From: Oscillospiraceae bacterium
Lineage (GTDB): Bacteria; Bacillota; Clostridia; Oscillospirales; CAG-272
Assembly (NCBI GenBank): GCA_015063585.1
Contig: SVTW01000001.1
Location: forward strand, 34,680 to 98,679
Direction: 5' to 3'
Length of the DNA: 64,000 nucleotides
The stretch's first letter is position 1; each line of letters begins with the position of its first letter. The notes beneath the pieces were generated by a model. The model did not search any database and was not told the origin of the DNA. It saw only the letters and a list, made by a program, of their open reading frames with translations. Positions 1-9,770 of this stretch are shown in pieces. The position numbers and the translations under genes are program-made.

Positions 1-147
1 AGAAAGCTCCATGGAAACGTCCTTTCATAAGTAAATGATATTTTATTATAGCATAAAATCCTGCCGATTTCGTGCTTTATTTGTAAACATTTATTTTTTT
101 GCGGCATAATCTGCTAACAAAAAGGCATAAAAGCGGAGGTTTTTCAA

Positions 148-1077
148 ATGCGCAGAGTGGATTTTTCTTTTCTAACGTCGATAACCCCCTTCGACCATAA
201 CGAACTGATGAGCGCGATCGGTGAGATGTGCGCGCAGTATGATTTTTTGGATCTGCATTATATCGGAACCTCGATACTCAACCGCCCCATTCCGCTTTTA
301 ACCGTTGGAAACGGGGCAAGAAAGGTTCTATACGTAGGTGCGCATCACGGAATGGAGTGGATCACGTCTTTTGTTTTATGCCGTTTTTTAGCATCTGTGT
401 GTGATGCGTTCGAGCAAAAAGAACACATTCACGGCGTATCGGTCCCCCTTTTGTTCGATTGCGTAACGCTTTGCATCATTCCCATGCTCAACCCAGACGG
501 TGTATCCTATCAAATTCACGGTGTAGATGACGAAAATCCACTGTTTGAGCGTGTACTCGCTATGAATGGTGGAGAACGTGATTTTCAACACTGGCAGGCA
601 AACGCACGTGGTGTTGACCTCAATCACAATTATGACGCATGCTTTCACGAATATAAAAAAATAGAGGCTGAAAATGGGATTCTGCAAGGCGCGCCGACCC
701 GCTTCAGCGGAGAGCACCCCGAATCCGAGCCGGAGGTCTCGGCACTTTGCAATTGGATTCGATTCCACGAAAACGTCAGTGGGATCTTAACACTACACAC
801 GCAGGGAGAAGAAATTTACTATCGCTGTCGTGGAACGTGTGCGAAAAGAGCGCCCGCCATTGCCGAACGGATCTCCTCTTTGTGCGGATATCGGCTTGCA
901 GAAGCAGAGGGGGCGGCATCTTTTGGAGGGTTGACCGACTGGTGCGCTTTGGAGGCGAGAATCCCCTGCTTCACTTTAGAATGCGGGAGGGGAATCAATC
1001 CCCTGCCGTTTGAAGATGCGGGTGGGATTTACCGCAAGCTTGAACGCTTGTTTTTCCGGTTTCCGATGCTTCTTTGA
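148..1077 (+). CDS. M14-family zinc metallopeptidase (gamma-D-glutamyl-meso-diaminopimelate peptidase-like)
   Basis: 309-aa ORF with M14 carboxypeptidase-type motifs (HHGMEWITS, NPDG, LHTQGE); GGAGG RBS upstream of ATG. Confidence 0.8.
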   Translation: MRRVDFSFLTSITPFDHNELMSAIGEMCAQYDFLDLHYIGTSILNRPIPLLTVGNGARKVLYVGAHHGMEWITSFVLCRFLASVCDAFEQKEHIHGVSVPLLFDCVTLCIIPMLNPDGVSYQIHGVDDENPLFERVLAMNGGERDFQHWQANARGVDLNHNYDACFHEYKKIEAENGILQGAPTRFSGEHPESEPEVSALCNWIRFHENVSGILTLHTQGEEIYYRCRGTCAKRAPAIAERISSLCGYRLAEAEGAASFGGLTDWCALEARIPCFTLECGRGINPLPFEDAGGIYRKLERLFFRFPMLL

Positions 1078-1109
1078 GTGAAAAATCCTTGCATTTTTCG
1101 GAAAAAGTA

Positions 1110-1138
1110 TTGCAATTACAAGAAAAACATGATATGAT
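1110..1138 (+). promoter_or_regulatory. sigma-A type promoter (TTGCAA-17-TATGAT)
   Basis: -35 TTGCAA 1110-1115, 17-nt spacer, -10 TATGAT 1133-1138, upstream of DUF362 gene. Confidence 0.45.
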
Positions 1139-1163
1139 GTAAAAATAAAAGGAGGTGTTGAAG

Positions 1164-2315
1164 GTGTTTGATGTATCCGTTTCCGCATGTAATTCTTACC
1201 AATCCGCCGAGGTTCGCGAGGCACTCATCAAAATTCTGGAGCCCATCGGTGGGCTTGATTGGGTAAGAGATGGGATGCGAATTGCGATCAAAGCAAACCT
1301 TGTTTCCATGATGAAGCCCGATGCGGCGGCAACCACACACCCTGCCCTGCTATGTGAGTTGGTTCGTATGCTGCGAGAGCGGGGCGCGATCCCGATCATT
1401 GGTGATAGCCCCGGTGGGCTTTACAATGCGCCTGTTGTAAATCGCATTTATGCCGCAACCGGAATGAAGGAGGCGGAAGGAGTCGGCGCAATGCTCAATG
1501 ATGATTATTCCATCGCAGATGCCTCATTTCCAAAGGCGACTGTTGCAACAAGCTTTACATATACGGCATATCTTGACCGTGCAGATGCGATCATCAATTT
1601 TTGCAAGCTGAAAACGCATGGCATGATGGGTATGAGTGCAGCGGTAAAAAATATGTTTGGCATAGTCCCGGGCACCTTCAAGCCCGAATATCATTTTCGC
1701 TTTCCCAACCACGAGGATTTTGCCTCCATGCTGATTGATCTCAATTCCTATTTTTCAGAAAAGACAAAGCTTTGCATTGTGGACGCGGTCGTTGGAATGG
1801 AAGGAAACGGACCCACGCAGGGAAAGCCGCGAAAAATCGGTGCCCTTCTTGCCTCAAAAGATCCGCACAGGCTCGATCTTCTCTGCGCGGCATTGATCGG
1901 ACTGACACCGCAAGATGTACCAACGTTAAAGGTTGCGCTAAAACAGGGACGAATCCCCGCAAGCGCAGAGTCACTTTCCATCTCAGGAGAATGGAAATCA
2001 CTCTGTGTCCGCGATTTCGACACGGTGGAGGTGCGCCGCAGTCTTCAATTTGAAGGCGCAGGTAAATTTGCCGCAATGTTTGTAAAAGAAGCCCTTCGAT
2101 CCGAGCCAAGACCCCAGCGTTCCCTTTGCATCGGCTGTAAAAAATGTGCCGAGGTATGCCCTGCACACGTCATCACAATGAAAAAGGGCGTTCCCGTAAT
2201 TGACCGCAAACACTGCATTACCTGCTTTTGTTGTCAGGAATTCTGCCCCGTTGGTGCAATGAAGATCCACCGCCCATTGATCGCAAGAATTCTCAACAGA
2301 CAGAAAAAAGAATGA
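1164..2315 (+). CDS. DUF362 domain protein with C-terminal 2x[4Fe-4S] ferredoxin domain
   Basis: ORF 1155-2315. GTG at 1164 sits 8 nt after GGAGG (1151-1155). C-terminus has CIGCKKCAEVCP and CITCFCCQEFCP cluster motifs. Confidence 0.75.
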   Translation: MFDVSVSACNSYQSAEVREALIKILEPIGGLDWVRDGMRIAIKANLVSMMKPDAAATTHPALLCELVRMLRERGAIPIIGDSPGGLYNAPVVNRIYAATGMKEAEGVGAMLNDDYSIADASFPKATVATSFTYTAYLDRADAIINFCKLKTHGMMGMSAAVKNMFGIVPGTFKPEYHFRFPNHEDFASMLIDLNSYFSEKTKLCIVDAVVGMEGNGPTQGKPRKIGALLASKDPHRLDLLCAALIGLTPQDVPTLKVALKQGRIPASAESLSISGEWKSLCVRDFDTVEVRRSLQFEGAGKFAAMFVKEALRSEPRPQRSLCIGCKKCAEVCPAHVITMKKGVPVIDRKHCITCFCCQEFCPVGAMKIHRPLIARILNRQKKE

Positions 2316-2325
2316 AAAACACGCT

Positions 2326-2368
2326 AAAAAGGAAACGGCAAGTTCTAACACTTACCGTTTTCTTTTTT
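2326..2368. terminator. bidirectional rho-independent terminator
   Basis: A-run, GGAAACGGCAAGT/ACTTACCGTTTTC stem, T-run, between convergent genes. Confidence 0.6.
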
Positions 2369-2410
2369 CATTTCATAGCATACGTTCTGTAAAAAATTTA
2401 AGAAGTCACC

Positions 2411-3358
2411 TTAGTCTACGCGGTTTCGACGTCCACCCGAGAGAAAATCGCGGATATTTTCTGCCATCTCGGTCATCACACGAACCCGTGTTTCAAAGCC
2501 GCCCCATGCCATATGAGGGGTAAAACACACGTTGGGATAGTCTTTGATGCTGTAAAAGGGATGATCGACCGCAAATGGCTCCGTACTGTAAACGTCCACC
2601 CCAAGTGCGCCGATCCTCCCTTCGCGCACAGCAGCGGCAAGGGCCGCTTCATCGGTAACAGCTCCACGCGCTACGTTGATCACGATCGCATTGCGCTTCA
2701 GCATTTTGATGTGACGCTCGTCAAGAAGTCCTCGCGTCGAATCATTGAGTGGGGTGTGGATCGACAAAATATCGGATTCACGGCAAATACGGTCAAGATC
2801 CACACACGGAACCCCGTCAATCGGCGTTCTTTTATGCACCAAAACGCGGCAACCCAATGCTTCCGCAACGCGTCCAACCTGCTTACCGATATTTCCAAAG
2901 CCGATAATACCCCATGTTTTTCCGGCAATTTCATGGTAAACGGGTGTAAGCCTGTTGGGGATTCCGCGTGCGGTATATTCACCGCTCCGCACACAGGCAT
3001 CGAATTCGGGAAGATGTGTGATCAGCGAGAGCGCCATCGCAACCGTTACCTGTGCTACACACGGCGTGGAATAACCAACCACGTTGCATACCGCGATCCC
3101 GCGAGATCGGCAATAATCAAGATCCACGTTATCAAACCCCGTTGCGGCAATACAGATCAGTTTCAATGATTTTGCGTCTGCAAGATTTACGGCACCAAGT
3201 TTCACCTTGTTGATTACAACAACGTCCGAATCCGCAATATTTTGTGCCACCCGGTCCGCCGGTGAAATATTGAAAACCCGAACCTCTCCAAATTCATGGA
3301 ACAGATTATACGAAAGATCGTCGCCAAGAGTTGCGGCATCCAACAACGTAATTTTCAT
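2411..3358 (-). CDS. D-isomer-specific 2-hydroxyacid dehydrogenase (glycerate dehydrogenase-like)
   Basis: ORF trimmed to MKITLLDAATLGDD (ATG at 3358). NAD-binding GIIGFGNIGKQVG and the family pattern are present. Confidence 0.85.
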   Translation of the reverse strand: MKITLLDAATLGDDLSYNLFHEFGEVRVFNISPADRVAQNIADSDVVVINKVKLGAVNLADAKSLKLICIAATGFDNVDLDYCRSRGIAVCNVVGYSTPCVAQVTVAMALSLITHLPEFDACVRSGEYTARGIPNRLTPVYHEIAGKTWGIIGFGNIGKQVGRVAEALGCRVLVHKRTPIDGVPCVDLDRICRESDILSIHTPLNDSTRGLLDERHIKMLKRNAIVINVARGAVTDEAALAAAVREGRIGALGVDVYSTEPFAVDHPFYSIKDYPNVCFTPHMAWGGFETRVRVMTEMAENIRDFLSGGRRNRVD

Positions 3359-3459
3359 TTCTTTTAACCTCTTTTCTCTATTCTGCCATTTAGTATAGCG
3401 TAAAACAGGCTTTTCGTCAAGGGTTGGAATAAAAAAAGCAGGATTATTTTGAAAAGGGC

Positions 3460-3488
3460 TTGAAAAAAAATGATTTTTCATATATAAT
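3460..3488 (+). promoter_or_regulatory. sigma-A type promoter (TTGAAA-17-TATAAT)
   Basis: -35 at 3460-3465, -10 at 3483-3488 upstream of ireB-like gene. Confidence 0.45.
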
Positions 3489-3541
3489 TTAAGGTGGATA
3501 TTTTTTGCGATCCGAAAATTGAGAAAGGATGTAAAAAAGAA

Positions 3542-3787
3542 ATGACAAATCAAACCGAGAATAATACCCTTCAAGAAGAAGTAACCGATATGCGTGAAAT
3601 TTTGCGCCAGGTTTATGAGGCGATGAGTGAAAAAGGATATAATCCGATTGGACAGATCGTTGGGTATCTGCTCTCAGAGGATCCCACCTACATCACAAAT
3701 TATCGAAATGCCCGTGCGTTGATTCGCAAAATTGATCGCGATGAATTGATGAGCGAGCTTGTAAAAAATTACTTGGAGTTAACGTAA
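3542..3787 (+). CDS. ireB: IreB-family regulatory phosphoprotein (UPF0297)
   Basis: [38 protein letters not shown] matches the conserved IreB/YrzL core; ORF trimmed to the ATG at 3542. Confidence 0.8.
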   Translation: MTNQTENNTLQEEVTDMREILRQVYEAMSEKGYNPIGQIVGYLLSEDPTYITNYRNARALIRKIDRDELMSELVKNYLELT

Positions 3788-3791
3788 AATA

Positions 3792-4727
3792 ATGCAAGCT
3801 GTAAGTTGTATTTCTTTATCCGATGGACAAGAAACAGCGTTCCCTTCCCAAAGCGTGCTTTGCCTTGGGAACTTTGACGGCGTTCACGCGGCACACCGTG
3901 AATTAATGAAAAAAACGCTGTCGCTTCGGAATGAAAAGTTCCCCTCTGCCGCTTGTGCCGTATTCTGCTTTCGAGTTCCTTCCTCGGATTTCCTTTCGGG
4001 AGCGGCAGTGCCAAGATTGTGCACCTTGGAGGAAAAACTGCAATATTTTCGTCAAATGGGCATGGAATATGCTTTTCTTGCCGATTTCCCGTCAATTCGT
4101 GCGCTCACCCCCACTTTATTTGTGGAAGAAATCCTCAAAAATACCTGCCATTGTGTCGGTGCTGTTTGCGGATTTAATTTTGCATTCGGTCAAAATGCCG
4201 ATGGGAAAGCCGACATGCTTGCCGACATGCTCCAAGCGCCTGTCATCATTCAATCGGAGGTGTGTATCGACGGTGCGCGCGTTTCTTCCACGCGTATTCG
4301 AGAGTATCTTCTCATGGGTGCTCCCGAAAAAGCTACGCAAATGCTTCTCCGCCCCTATTCCTTCTGCGCGGAGGTCGTGCACGGAAAAGCACTCGGACAT
4401 AAGCTGGGGACCCCAACGATCAATCAATTTTTCCCGTCTGCGCTTCTGATCCCCCGTCACGGAGTTTACGTGACCGACTGTGAGACGGATGGAAGAATCT
4501 ATCGGGGGGTTTCCAACGTTGGTCTGCGCCCTACTGTGGACAATAGCTCAAGCGCCAATTGCGAAACCTATTTGCTTGATTTTTCAGGCGATCTTTATGG
4601 AAAACTTGTCCGCGTATCCTTTTTAAAATTCCTTCGCCCCGAACAAGCCTTTGATTCGATCGACACGCTCCGCGCGCAAATTCAATGCGACGTAAAGGCG
4701 GCAAGAGATTACCAAACCACACTTTAA
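3792..4727 (+). CDS. ribF: bifunctional riboflavin kinase / FMN adenylyltransferase
   Basis: 311 aa; N-terminal LGNFDGVHAAH nucleotidyltransferase motif and C-terminal riboflavin kinase region (GTPTINQ, RPE). Confidence 0.9.
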   Translation: MQAVSCISLSDGQETAFPSQSVLCLGNFDGVHAAHRELMKKTLSLRNEKFPSAACAVFCFRVPSSDFLSGAAVPRLCTLEEKLQYFRQMGMEYAFLADFPSIRALTPTLFVEEILKNTCHCVGAVCGFNFAFGQNADGKADMLADMLQAPVIIQSEVCIDGARVSSTRIREYLLMGAPEKATQMLLRPYSFCAEVVHGKALGHKLGTPTINQFFPSALLIPRHGVYVTDCETDGRIYRGVSNVGLRPTVDNSSSANCETYLLDFSGDLYGKLVRVSFLKFLRPEQAFDSIDTLRAQIQCDVKAARDYQTTL

Positions 4728-4745
4728 AAAGAAAGGAGTGTCCAT

Positions 4746-6125
4746 ATGCGTCGCAAATTCGTTTTTTTGCTCGTTGTTTTTTGTTTGACACTGATCTGCT
4801 CGGCGCATATAATCCCCTCCTTTGCCGCCGATGATACAGCACTTCCCCCATCAGCCGACGAGGCGGAGGCGGTTTATCTTGTTCACGTGGAAAGCGGAAC
4901 CCCTGTTTTTGAAAAAAATGCAACCGAAACGGTCAGCGCAGGCTCCACCGTTAAGGTAATGGCGGGTCTTTTGGCTTGTGAAACGCTTGCCGACAGACTG
5001 TATGAGGAGGTTGCGATAACCGCCGAAATGGTAAATAGCTCGGCGGGATACCGACTTTACATCAAGGTTGGAGATATCCTCACGGTGGAACAGCTTCTCT
5101 ATGCGGCGATCTGTGCCAGCTACAACGACGCATTCGATGCGCTCGCAGTCTACATAGCAGGCTCAAAAGATGCTTTTGTGGAGCGCATGAACACGCGTGC
5201 CGTCGAAATGGGATGCGACCATACCTTTTTCAGCGACCCCAGCGGTGTTGACGACGCCTCCCGTACCGATGCCGATGATCTCTACCGTATCGCAAAACAG
5301 GCCTATGAAAACACACTCTACATGCAGATCTGTTCAACTGTACGCTATTCCTTTACGGGATCCGATAAATTAGATGCCCGCACCTTTTACAATCGGAACG
5401 CCTTGGTTTCCAAAACAATGACCGACAAATATTTCAACGCAAAATGCAAAGGAATGAGTGCGGGATATACAGAACGTGGCGGTAGCTGTGTGGTTACAGC
5501 CGCAAACAAAGGGGAGGACACGTATATTTGTATTGTAATGGGTGCTCCCGAAACCGAGGAGACAACCTATGGATATCTTGTTGTAAACCGTTTTCTGGCT
5601 TGGTGCTTTGACGCGTTTGGCTATCAAACGCTGCTCTCGCCCGATCAAGCGGTCTGTACGGTTCCCGTAACAGTTTCGGATACGGTACATGAAATGGAAC
5701 TTCGCGTGGCGGAACCCTTCTCCTGCTTTTTGCCGCTGACGGCAGAAATCGGAACGGACGTTACCTTCAGCATCCGCTTAAATACCCCTTCGCTTGAAGC
5801 CCCTGTTTCGGAAGGCATGCCGGTAGGCTACGTTGCGATCCTTTACCGCGGGCAACAGATTGAGATCCTCCCGCTTTATACAGCCGGAGCTGCGGAACGA
5901 AGCGCTTTTGTCGGCGCATTGAAAGGCATTCAGGCACTCACGCAAAACCGCGCATTTATGGCGGGCTTGATCTTCTTTACAGTTGGAATTTGCGTTTGGG
6001 CAGTTACCGAAGCACTGCTAAAACGGCAACGAAGACTCAAATGGGACAAATATTTCAGCATGAAGATGACACCGTCCCCCACCGCGCTTCAAACGAAACC
6101 CGATAAAAACAAAACACCAAAATAA
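4746..6125 (+). CDS. D-alanyl-D-alanine carboxypeptidase (serine peptidase S11) with C-terminal membrane anchor
   Basis: Signal peptide, S-x-x-K (STVK) active-site motif, PBP5-like layout, C-terminal TM helix; AAGGAG RBS. Confidence 0.85.
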   Translation: MRRKFVFLLVVFCLTLICSAHIIPSFAADDTALPPSADEAEAVYLVHVESGTPVFEKNATETVSAGSTVKVMAGLLACETLADRLYEEVAITAEMVNSSAGYRLYIKVGDILTVEQLLYAAICASYNDAFDALAVYIAGSKDAFVERMNTRAVEMGCDHTFFSDPSGVDDASRTDADDLYRIAKQAYENTLYMQICSTVRYSFTGSDKLDARTFYNRNALVSKTMTDKYFNAKCKGMSAGYTERGGSCVVTAANKGEDTYICIVMGAPETEETTYGYLVVNRFLAWCFDAFGYQTLLSPDQAVCTVPVTVSDTVHEMELRVAEPFSCFLPLTAEIGTDVTFSIRLNTPSLEAPVSEGMPVGYVAILYRGQQIEILPLYTAGAAERSAFVGALKGIQALTQNRAFMAGLIFFTVGICVWAVTEALLKRQRRLKWDKYFSMKMTPSPTALQTKPDKNKTPK

Positions 6126-6134
6126 GGCTTTTTA

Positions 6135-6665
6135 TCACATGAAAAATGCTGCAAAATTCAGAATGAGCATATAAATGAGCCAAACGGTGTGAAATAAAAA
6201 GATTGCTCCCGCAAATTTGCTGACACGGTAAAAGCAAAAGGTTACTCCAAGAGAAAGACATAGGATCAGAATGGATTCGAGCACACTTAAAAAGTAAAGT
6301 CCTGCACCGAAAAAGGTAGGATACCAGCATAGCTCCAATACTGCCAATAAAACAAAGAACATACACCCCTTGTAGCGTTCTCCGTCATATCCTCCGCTTC
6401 GCATACCGAGTACAAACCCTGCCCCACAGCCGATTCCAAACAACGCGACGGTCCAAAGCGTTGTCATAATCCAAACCGGCGGAACCATGGCGCCGATCCC
6501 AAGCTCCAGGAGCGTTCGGTGCGGACTTCCGATAAAGGCGCGTACCAAAATACCGCCAACCGTTAATAAAAGTCCAATTGCGATCATGAAGATCGGATTG
6601 GTACGCTCCAATTCGGAACTAAGCCACGCGCCGGGCGTCATACGACCGTATTGTTTCTTATACAT
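6135..6665 (-). CDS. TspO/MBR-family tryptophan-rich membrane protein
   Basis: 176 aa, 5 predicted TM helices; PPVW..LWT, LCWYPTFFG and LNF motifs align with the TspO pattern as I recall it. Confidence 0.6.
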   Translation of the reverse strand: MYKKQYGRMTPGAWLSSELERTNPIFMIAIGLLLTVGGILVRAFIGSPHRTLLELGIGAMVPPVWIMTTLWTVALFGIGCGAGFVLGMRSGGYDGERYKGCMFFVLLAVLELCWYPTFFGAGLYFLSVLESILILCLSLGVTFCFYRVSKFAGAIFLFHTVWLIYMLILNFAAFFM

Positions 6666-6739
6666 AAAACAGCACCTCTTCTCCGAGGCGCTGTTTTTTT
6701 AACGCCTCTGATTAAAAAGGTATGAGGCGAGAACACAAA

Positions 6740-9178
6740 TTATTCTTCAAACAGATCGGGATCCGATATTCGAGGAAAGAGATAGCTCCAATCCATCTCG
6801 GGATCCGGTGCGTGTAAATGCGCTTGACAAGAGCGGTTAAAGGGATTTTTCGTTGGCGCAATACCGGTATATCCTTTCAAACTCTTTGCGTAATACGCGC
6901 GGGTTGGATCCTCATTGGGTTTGACAGTGAGCGGATCACCAAACCACGTGTACTGTGCGTCGGTAACGTAGACGGGAATGGGAAAGTGCCGTAAAACCCG
7001 GATAAGAGAAACTTTTTTTATGGCTTCTGCAGGACAGTTTCCATGGCTGATTCCCCCGTTTTGCACATCATAGTCGCATAAAATATGACAACTGCAATGC
7101 TTTTGAGGCTCGGTTCCAACAACAAACCAGCCGGTTTGAGAACGATCGCCACGTGCATCATAAAGACAGTTTTCGTTCAAAAGCTCTCCAGAATCACGGC
7201 AGTACGTGACACGAATGACATTGGACGGAACCGAAAACCGAACGTTTTCCCCTTTGCTTCCCACAATTTCTCTCATAACCTGATTCCAGATAGAGGTGCA
7301 AAGGTTTCGCCCCTCAAGAGGCTCGGGATATGCGTATCCACACCATACACCGCATAAAAAGTCGGGCGTATAGCCAATGAACCAACGGTCGGCGTCTCCG
7401 TTTGTCGTGCCTGTTTTCCCCGCGCATTCGGTCAGCTTTCCGAGTGTGATCGAGGAGGAGGTTCCGTATTCCACAACGCCCTGCAAAAGCTTGGTCATGA
7501 TCGCTGCATTGCTCTCCGACAGCACAATTTCGGAACGGTCGGGAGAATCAAGCAAAATTCTTCCGTCTGCTGCCAGGACTTTGAAATATGAACGCCACGG
7601 ATGATACCGCCCCGCGTCGGCAAACACGGTATATGCATCGGTCAACTCACGGAGCGTAATCCCGTAATTCAACTGTCCGAGCGCTAATGCAGCTGTATCA
7701 CAATCGTTTGCCGTACTGTTTGAAACCATATTCGACAGATGAAAGCGTTCTTTTGCCCATTGATAAGATGTTTCCCGTCCGAGCTCCTTTAAAATACGAA
7801 CGGGAACGGTATTGGTGGAATGTGCCACCGCATAGGCAATATTGGTTAATCCACGGTATTCCCCTGTTGCGTTTTTTGGCCACGCAAGCTTTCCCGAAAT
7901 ATCAAAATCGGTAGGGGTATCGTCATAAACGCTTGCCCAATTGATCAGCCCCTCCTCCAATGCCGGTGCATAGATCGAAATGGGTTTGATCGCAGATCCG
8001 GGCGGGCGAAGCGTTTGTGTTGCGAAATTTTGAATGCGGTTGGCATTTTTTTCACCAACTGCGCCTGCCACCGCTAAAATATCTCCTGTGTGCGGATCCA
8101 TTACAATGAGTGCCGATTGTGCGGATTCCCCGCTTGCATTATGCGGAAGGCGGACGACATCGCGATAATAGTCCGTTACGGTTTGTTGAAGCTCCTCATC
8201 CATCGCCATTTCAATCGACAGCCCCCCTGCATAAAAAAGCCTGGATGCGGCACTTCTTTCAAGATCATATTTTTGCATCAGGTCTCCGATCACGTCCTCA
8301 ATAACCATATCCACGTACCATGAATTAATACGGTTGCCCTCGCCTTGCTCTCGCACATGAAGTGAAATTGGCTCATTCGAGGCGGTTTGATAATCCTGCT
8401 CGGTAATATATCCGTATCGGTACATTTCAGAAAGTATCAGATTTCTCCGTTCGAGATTGTGGTCGGGGTGATGGATCGGATTATAATAAGTTGGGCTATT
8501 TGTGATCGCGGCAATCGAAGCAATTTCGGAAAGGGTTAATTCCTGCACGGATTTGGAATAATAATGATCCGCCGCCGCCCATATTCCGTTACAGTGATCC
8601 GAAAAATGAATGATATTCAAATAGCGCTCCAGAATCTCGGTTTTGTCAAGTTGGCGTTCCAGATCCAATGCATACAGCATTTCCTGTAATTTTCGGCGTG
8701 GGCTGATCTCATCATGCCCCGTAAGATTTTTAACGAGTTGTTGTGTGATGGTAGATGCACCGAATTGATTGGAAAATCCCAAAAAATAGTTCAAACCTGC
8801 CGCAGCCGTTCGGAGCCAATCCACGCCGCGATGCTCAAAAAAACGGTGATCCTCTATCGCGATAAAAGCATTGATCATGTCGGGCGGAATATCGGGATAG
8901 GATATATATTCGTTTTTTTCCTGCAAAAAGATCTCCTGCGTTACCTCTTTTGCAGTCCCCTCTCTGTTTTTGCGATCGGTAAAAGAATAGGTATAAAAAC
9001 GAGGAGAAATGCCCTTTCCGCTCGTCTCGATCAGAGTATCGGGAAGCGTTTTCTCAAAATGTGTATGCAAAAATATTCCTACACCGACTAAAAAAAACAC
9101 AGCAAAACAAAAGAAAAGCGTTATTATTTTTCTTCCGATCCACCGCTTTGGTGTTTGTATCGATCTTCTCCCTTTCAT
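6740..9178 (-). CDS. class A penicillin-binding protein (PBP1A; glycosyltransferase + transpeptidase)
   Basis: GT51 motif FIAIEDHRFFEHRGVD, transpeptidase SxxK (SAIKP), KTGT. Start set at the ATG at 9178, preceded by AAGGAG. Confidence 0.9.
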   Translation of the reverse strand: MKGRRSIQTPKRWIGRKIITLFFCFAVFFLVGVGIFLHTHFEKTLPDTLIETSGKGISPRFYTYSFTDRKNREGTAKEVTQEIFLQEKNEYISYPDIPPDMINAFIAIEDHRFFEHRGVDWLRTAAAGLNYFLGFSNQFGASTITQQLVKNLTGHDEISPRRKLQEMLYALDLERQLDKTEILERYLNIIHFSDHCNGIWAAADHYYSKSVQELTLSEIASIAAITNSPTYYNPIHHPDHNLERRNLILSEMYRYGYITEQDYQTASNEPISLHVREQGEGNRINSWYVDMVIEDVIGDLMQKYDLERSAASRLFYAGGLSIEMAMDEELQQTVTDYYRDVVRLPHNASGESAQSALIVMDPHTGDILAVAGAVGEKNANRIQNFATQTLRPPGSAIKPISIYAPALEEGLINWASVYDDTPTDFDISGKLAWPKNATGEYRGLTNIAYAVAHSTNTVPVRILKELGRETSYQWAKERFHLSNMVSNSTANDCDTAALALGQLNYGITLRELTDAYTVFADAGRYHPWRSYFKVLAADGRILLDSPDRSEIVLSESNAAIMTKLLQGVVEYGTSSSITLGKLTECAGKTGTTNGDADRWFIGYTPDFLCGVWCGYAYPEPLEGRNLCTSIWNQVMREIVGSKGENVRFSVPSNVIRVTYCRDSGELLNENCLYDARGDRSQTGWFVVGTEPQKHCSCHILCDYDVQNGGISHGNCPAEAIKKVSLIRVLRHFPIPVYVTDAQYTWFGDPLTVKPNEDPTRAYYAKSLKGYTGIAPTKNPFNRSCQAHLHAPDPEMDWSYLFPRISDPDLFEE

Positions 9179-9295
9179 TTTTTGTACTCCTTTCCGCATT
9201 TGTTGAAAGTATTCCACCGAAGCGCGCATATTACACGCAAAATGGGAAATGCTATCATTAGAAGATTTGATAAAAACTGAGAAAGGAGAAAAAGA

Positions 9296-9694
9296 ATGGA
9301 TGCCTCAAAAATTTTGCTGATACTTTGCTGTTTTATTTTAATCGTTTGCTTCACATTTTGCATTTCAACACTGACGGTACTGCGCAACACGGTGGACGAA
9401 AGCCGTGCGGTACAAACAGAAGCGGCAGAGCTTGTTGATCAGATGGAATCGCTATTATCGGAATATCGGGACAGTTCCATTCCTGTTTTGGGAGAAACAA
9501 GCGACGCAGACCGGTTTGTTTTGCGGGAAACAGACGGGCGGATCGGAATTTTTACGATCGACGGATATCTGCTACACATTCTGGACGTTGCAGTCGACAC
9601 CCTCCCCGCAAATGACCGCGCGGCACTTGCATCGGGGATTCCGCTGTCCTCATGGAAGGAATTGATCTCTTGGGTTCAGGATTATACTGCCTGA
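9296..9694 (+). CDS. hypothetical membrane-anchored protein
   Basis: 132-aa ORF with AAGGAG RBS and an N-terminal TM helix; no family recognised. Confidence 0.55.
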   Translation: MDASKILLILCCFILIVCFTFCISTLTVLRNTVDESRAVQTEAAELVDQMESLLSEYRDSSIPVLGETSDADRFVLRETDGRIGIFTIDGYLLHILDVAVDTLPANDRAALASGIPLSSWKELISWVQDYTA

Positions 9695-9714
9695 TGGGCG
9701 GCAGTAAACAAAAT

Positions 9715-9770
9715 CAAAAAAGGGGCTGTCAAACAAATGCAAAAACTGCATTTGAGACGCCCCGATTTTC
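9715..9770. terminator. bidirectional terminator with nested palindrome
   Basis: GGGGCTGTC...GACGCCCC outer stem enclosing CAAATGCA-N5-TGCATTTG; A-run before it and a T-rich run after it. Confidence 0.6.

Noticed and set aside
1-147. Possible 5' end of a minus-strand gene leaving the window (ATG at 28)
   Set aside because: Only 9 codons are visible, which is not enough to support a feature.
2411-3574. N-terminally extended ORF calls (also 12235-13863, 43901-45277, 42799-43935, 46938-47333, 37852-38610, 59527-61737, 11151-12341)
   Set aside because: The upstream extensions overlap neighbouring genes or intergenic promoters and lack an RBS. Internal ATGs preceded by GGAGG-type sites give the canonical family N-termini, so the starts were trimmed.
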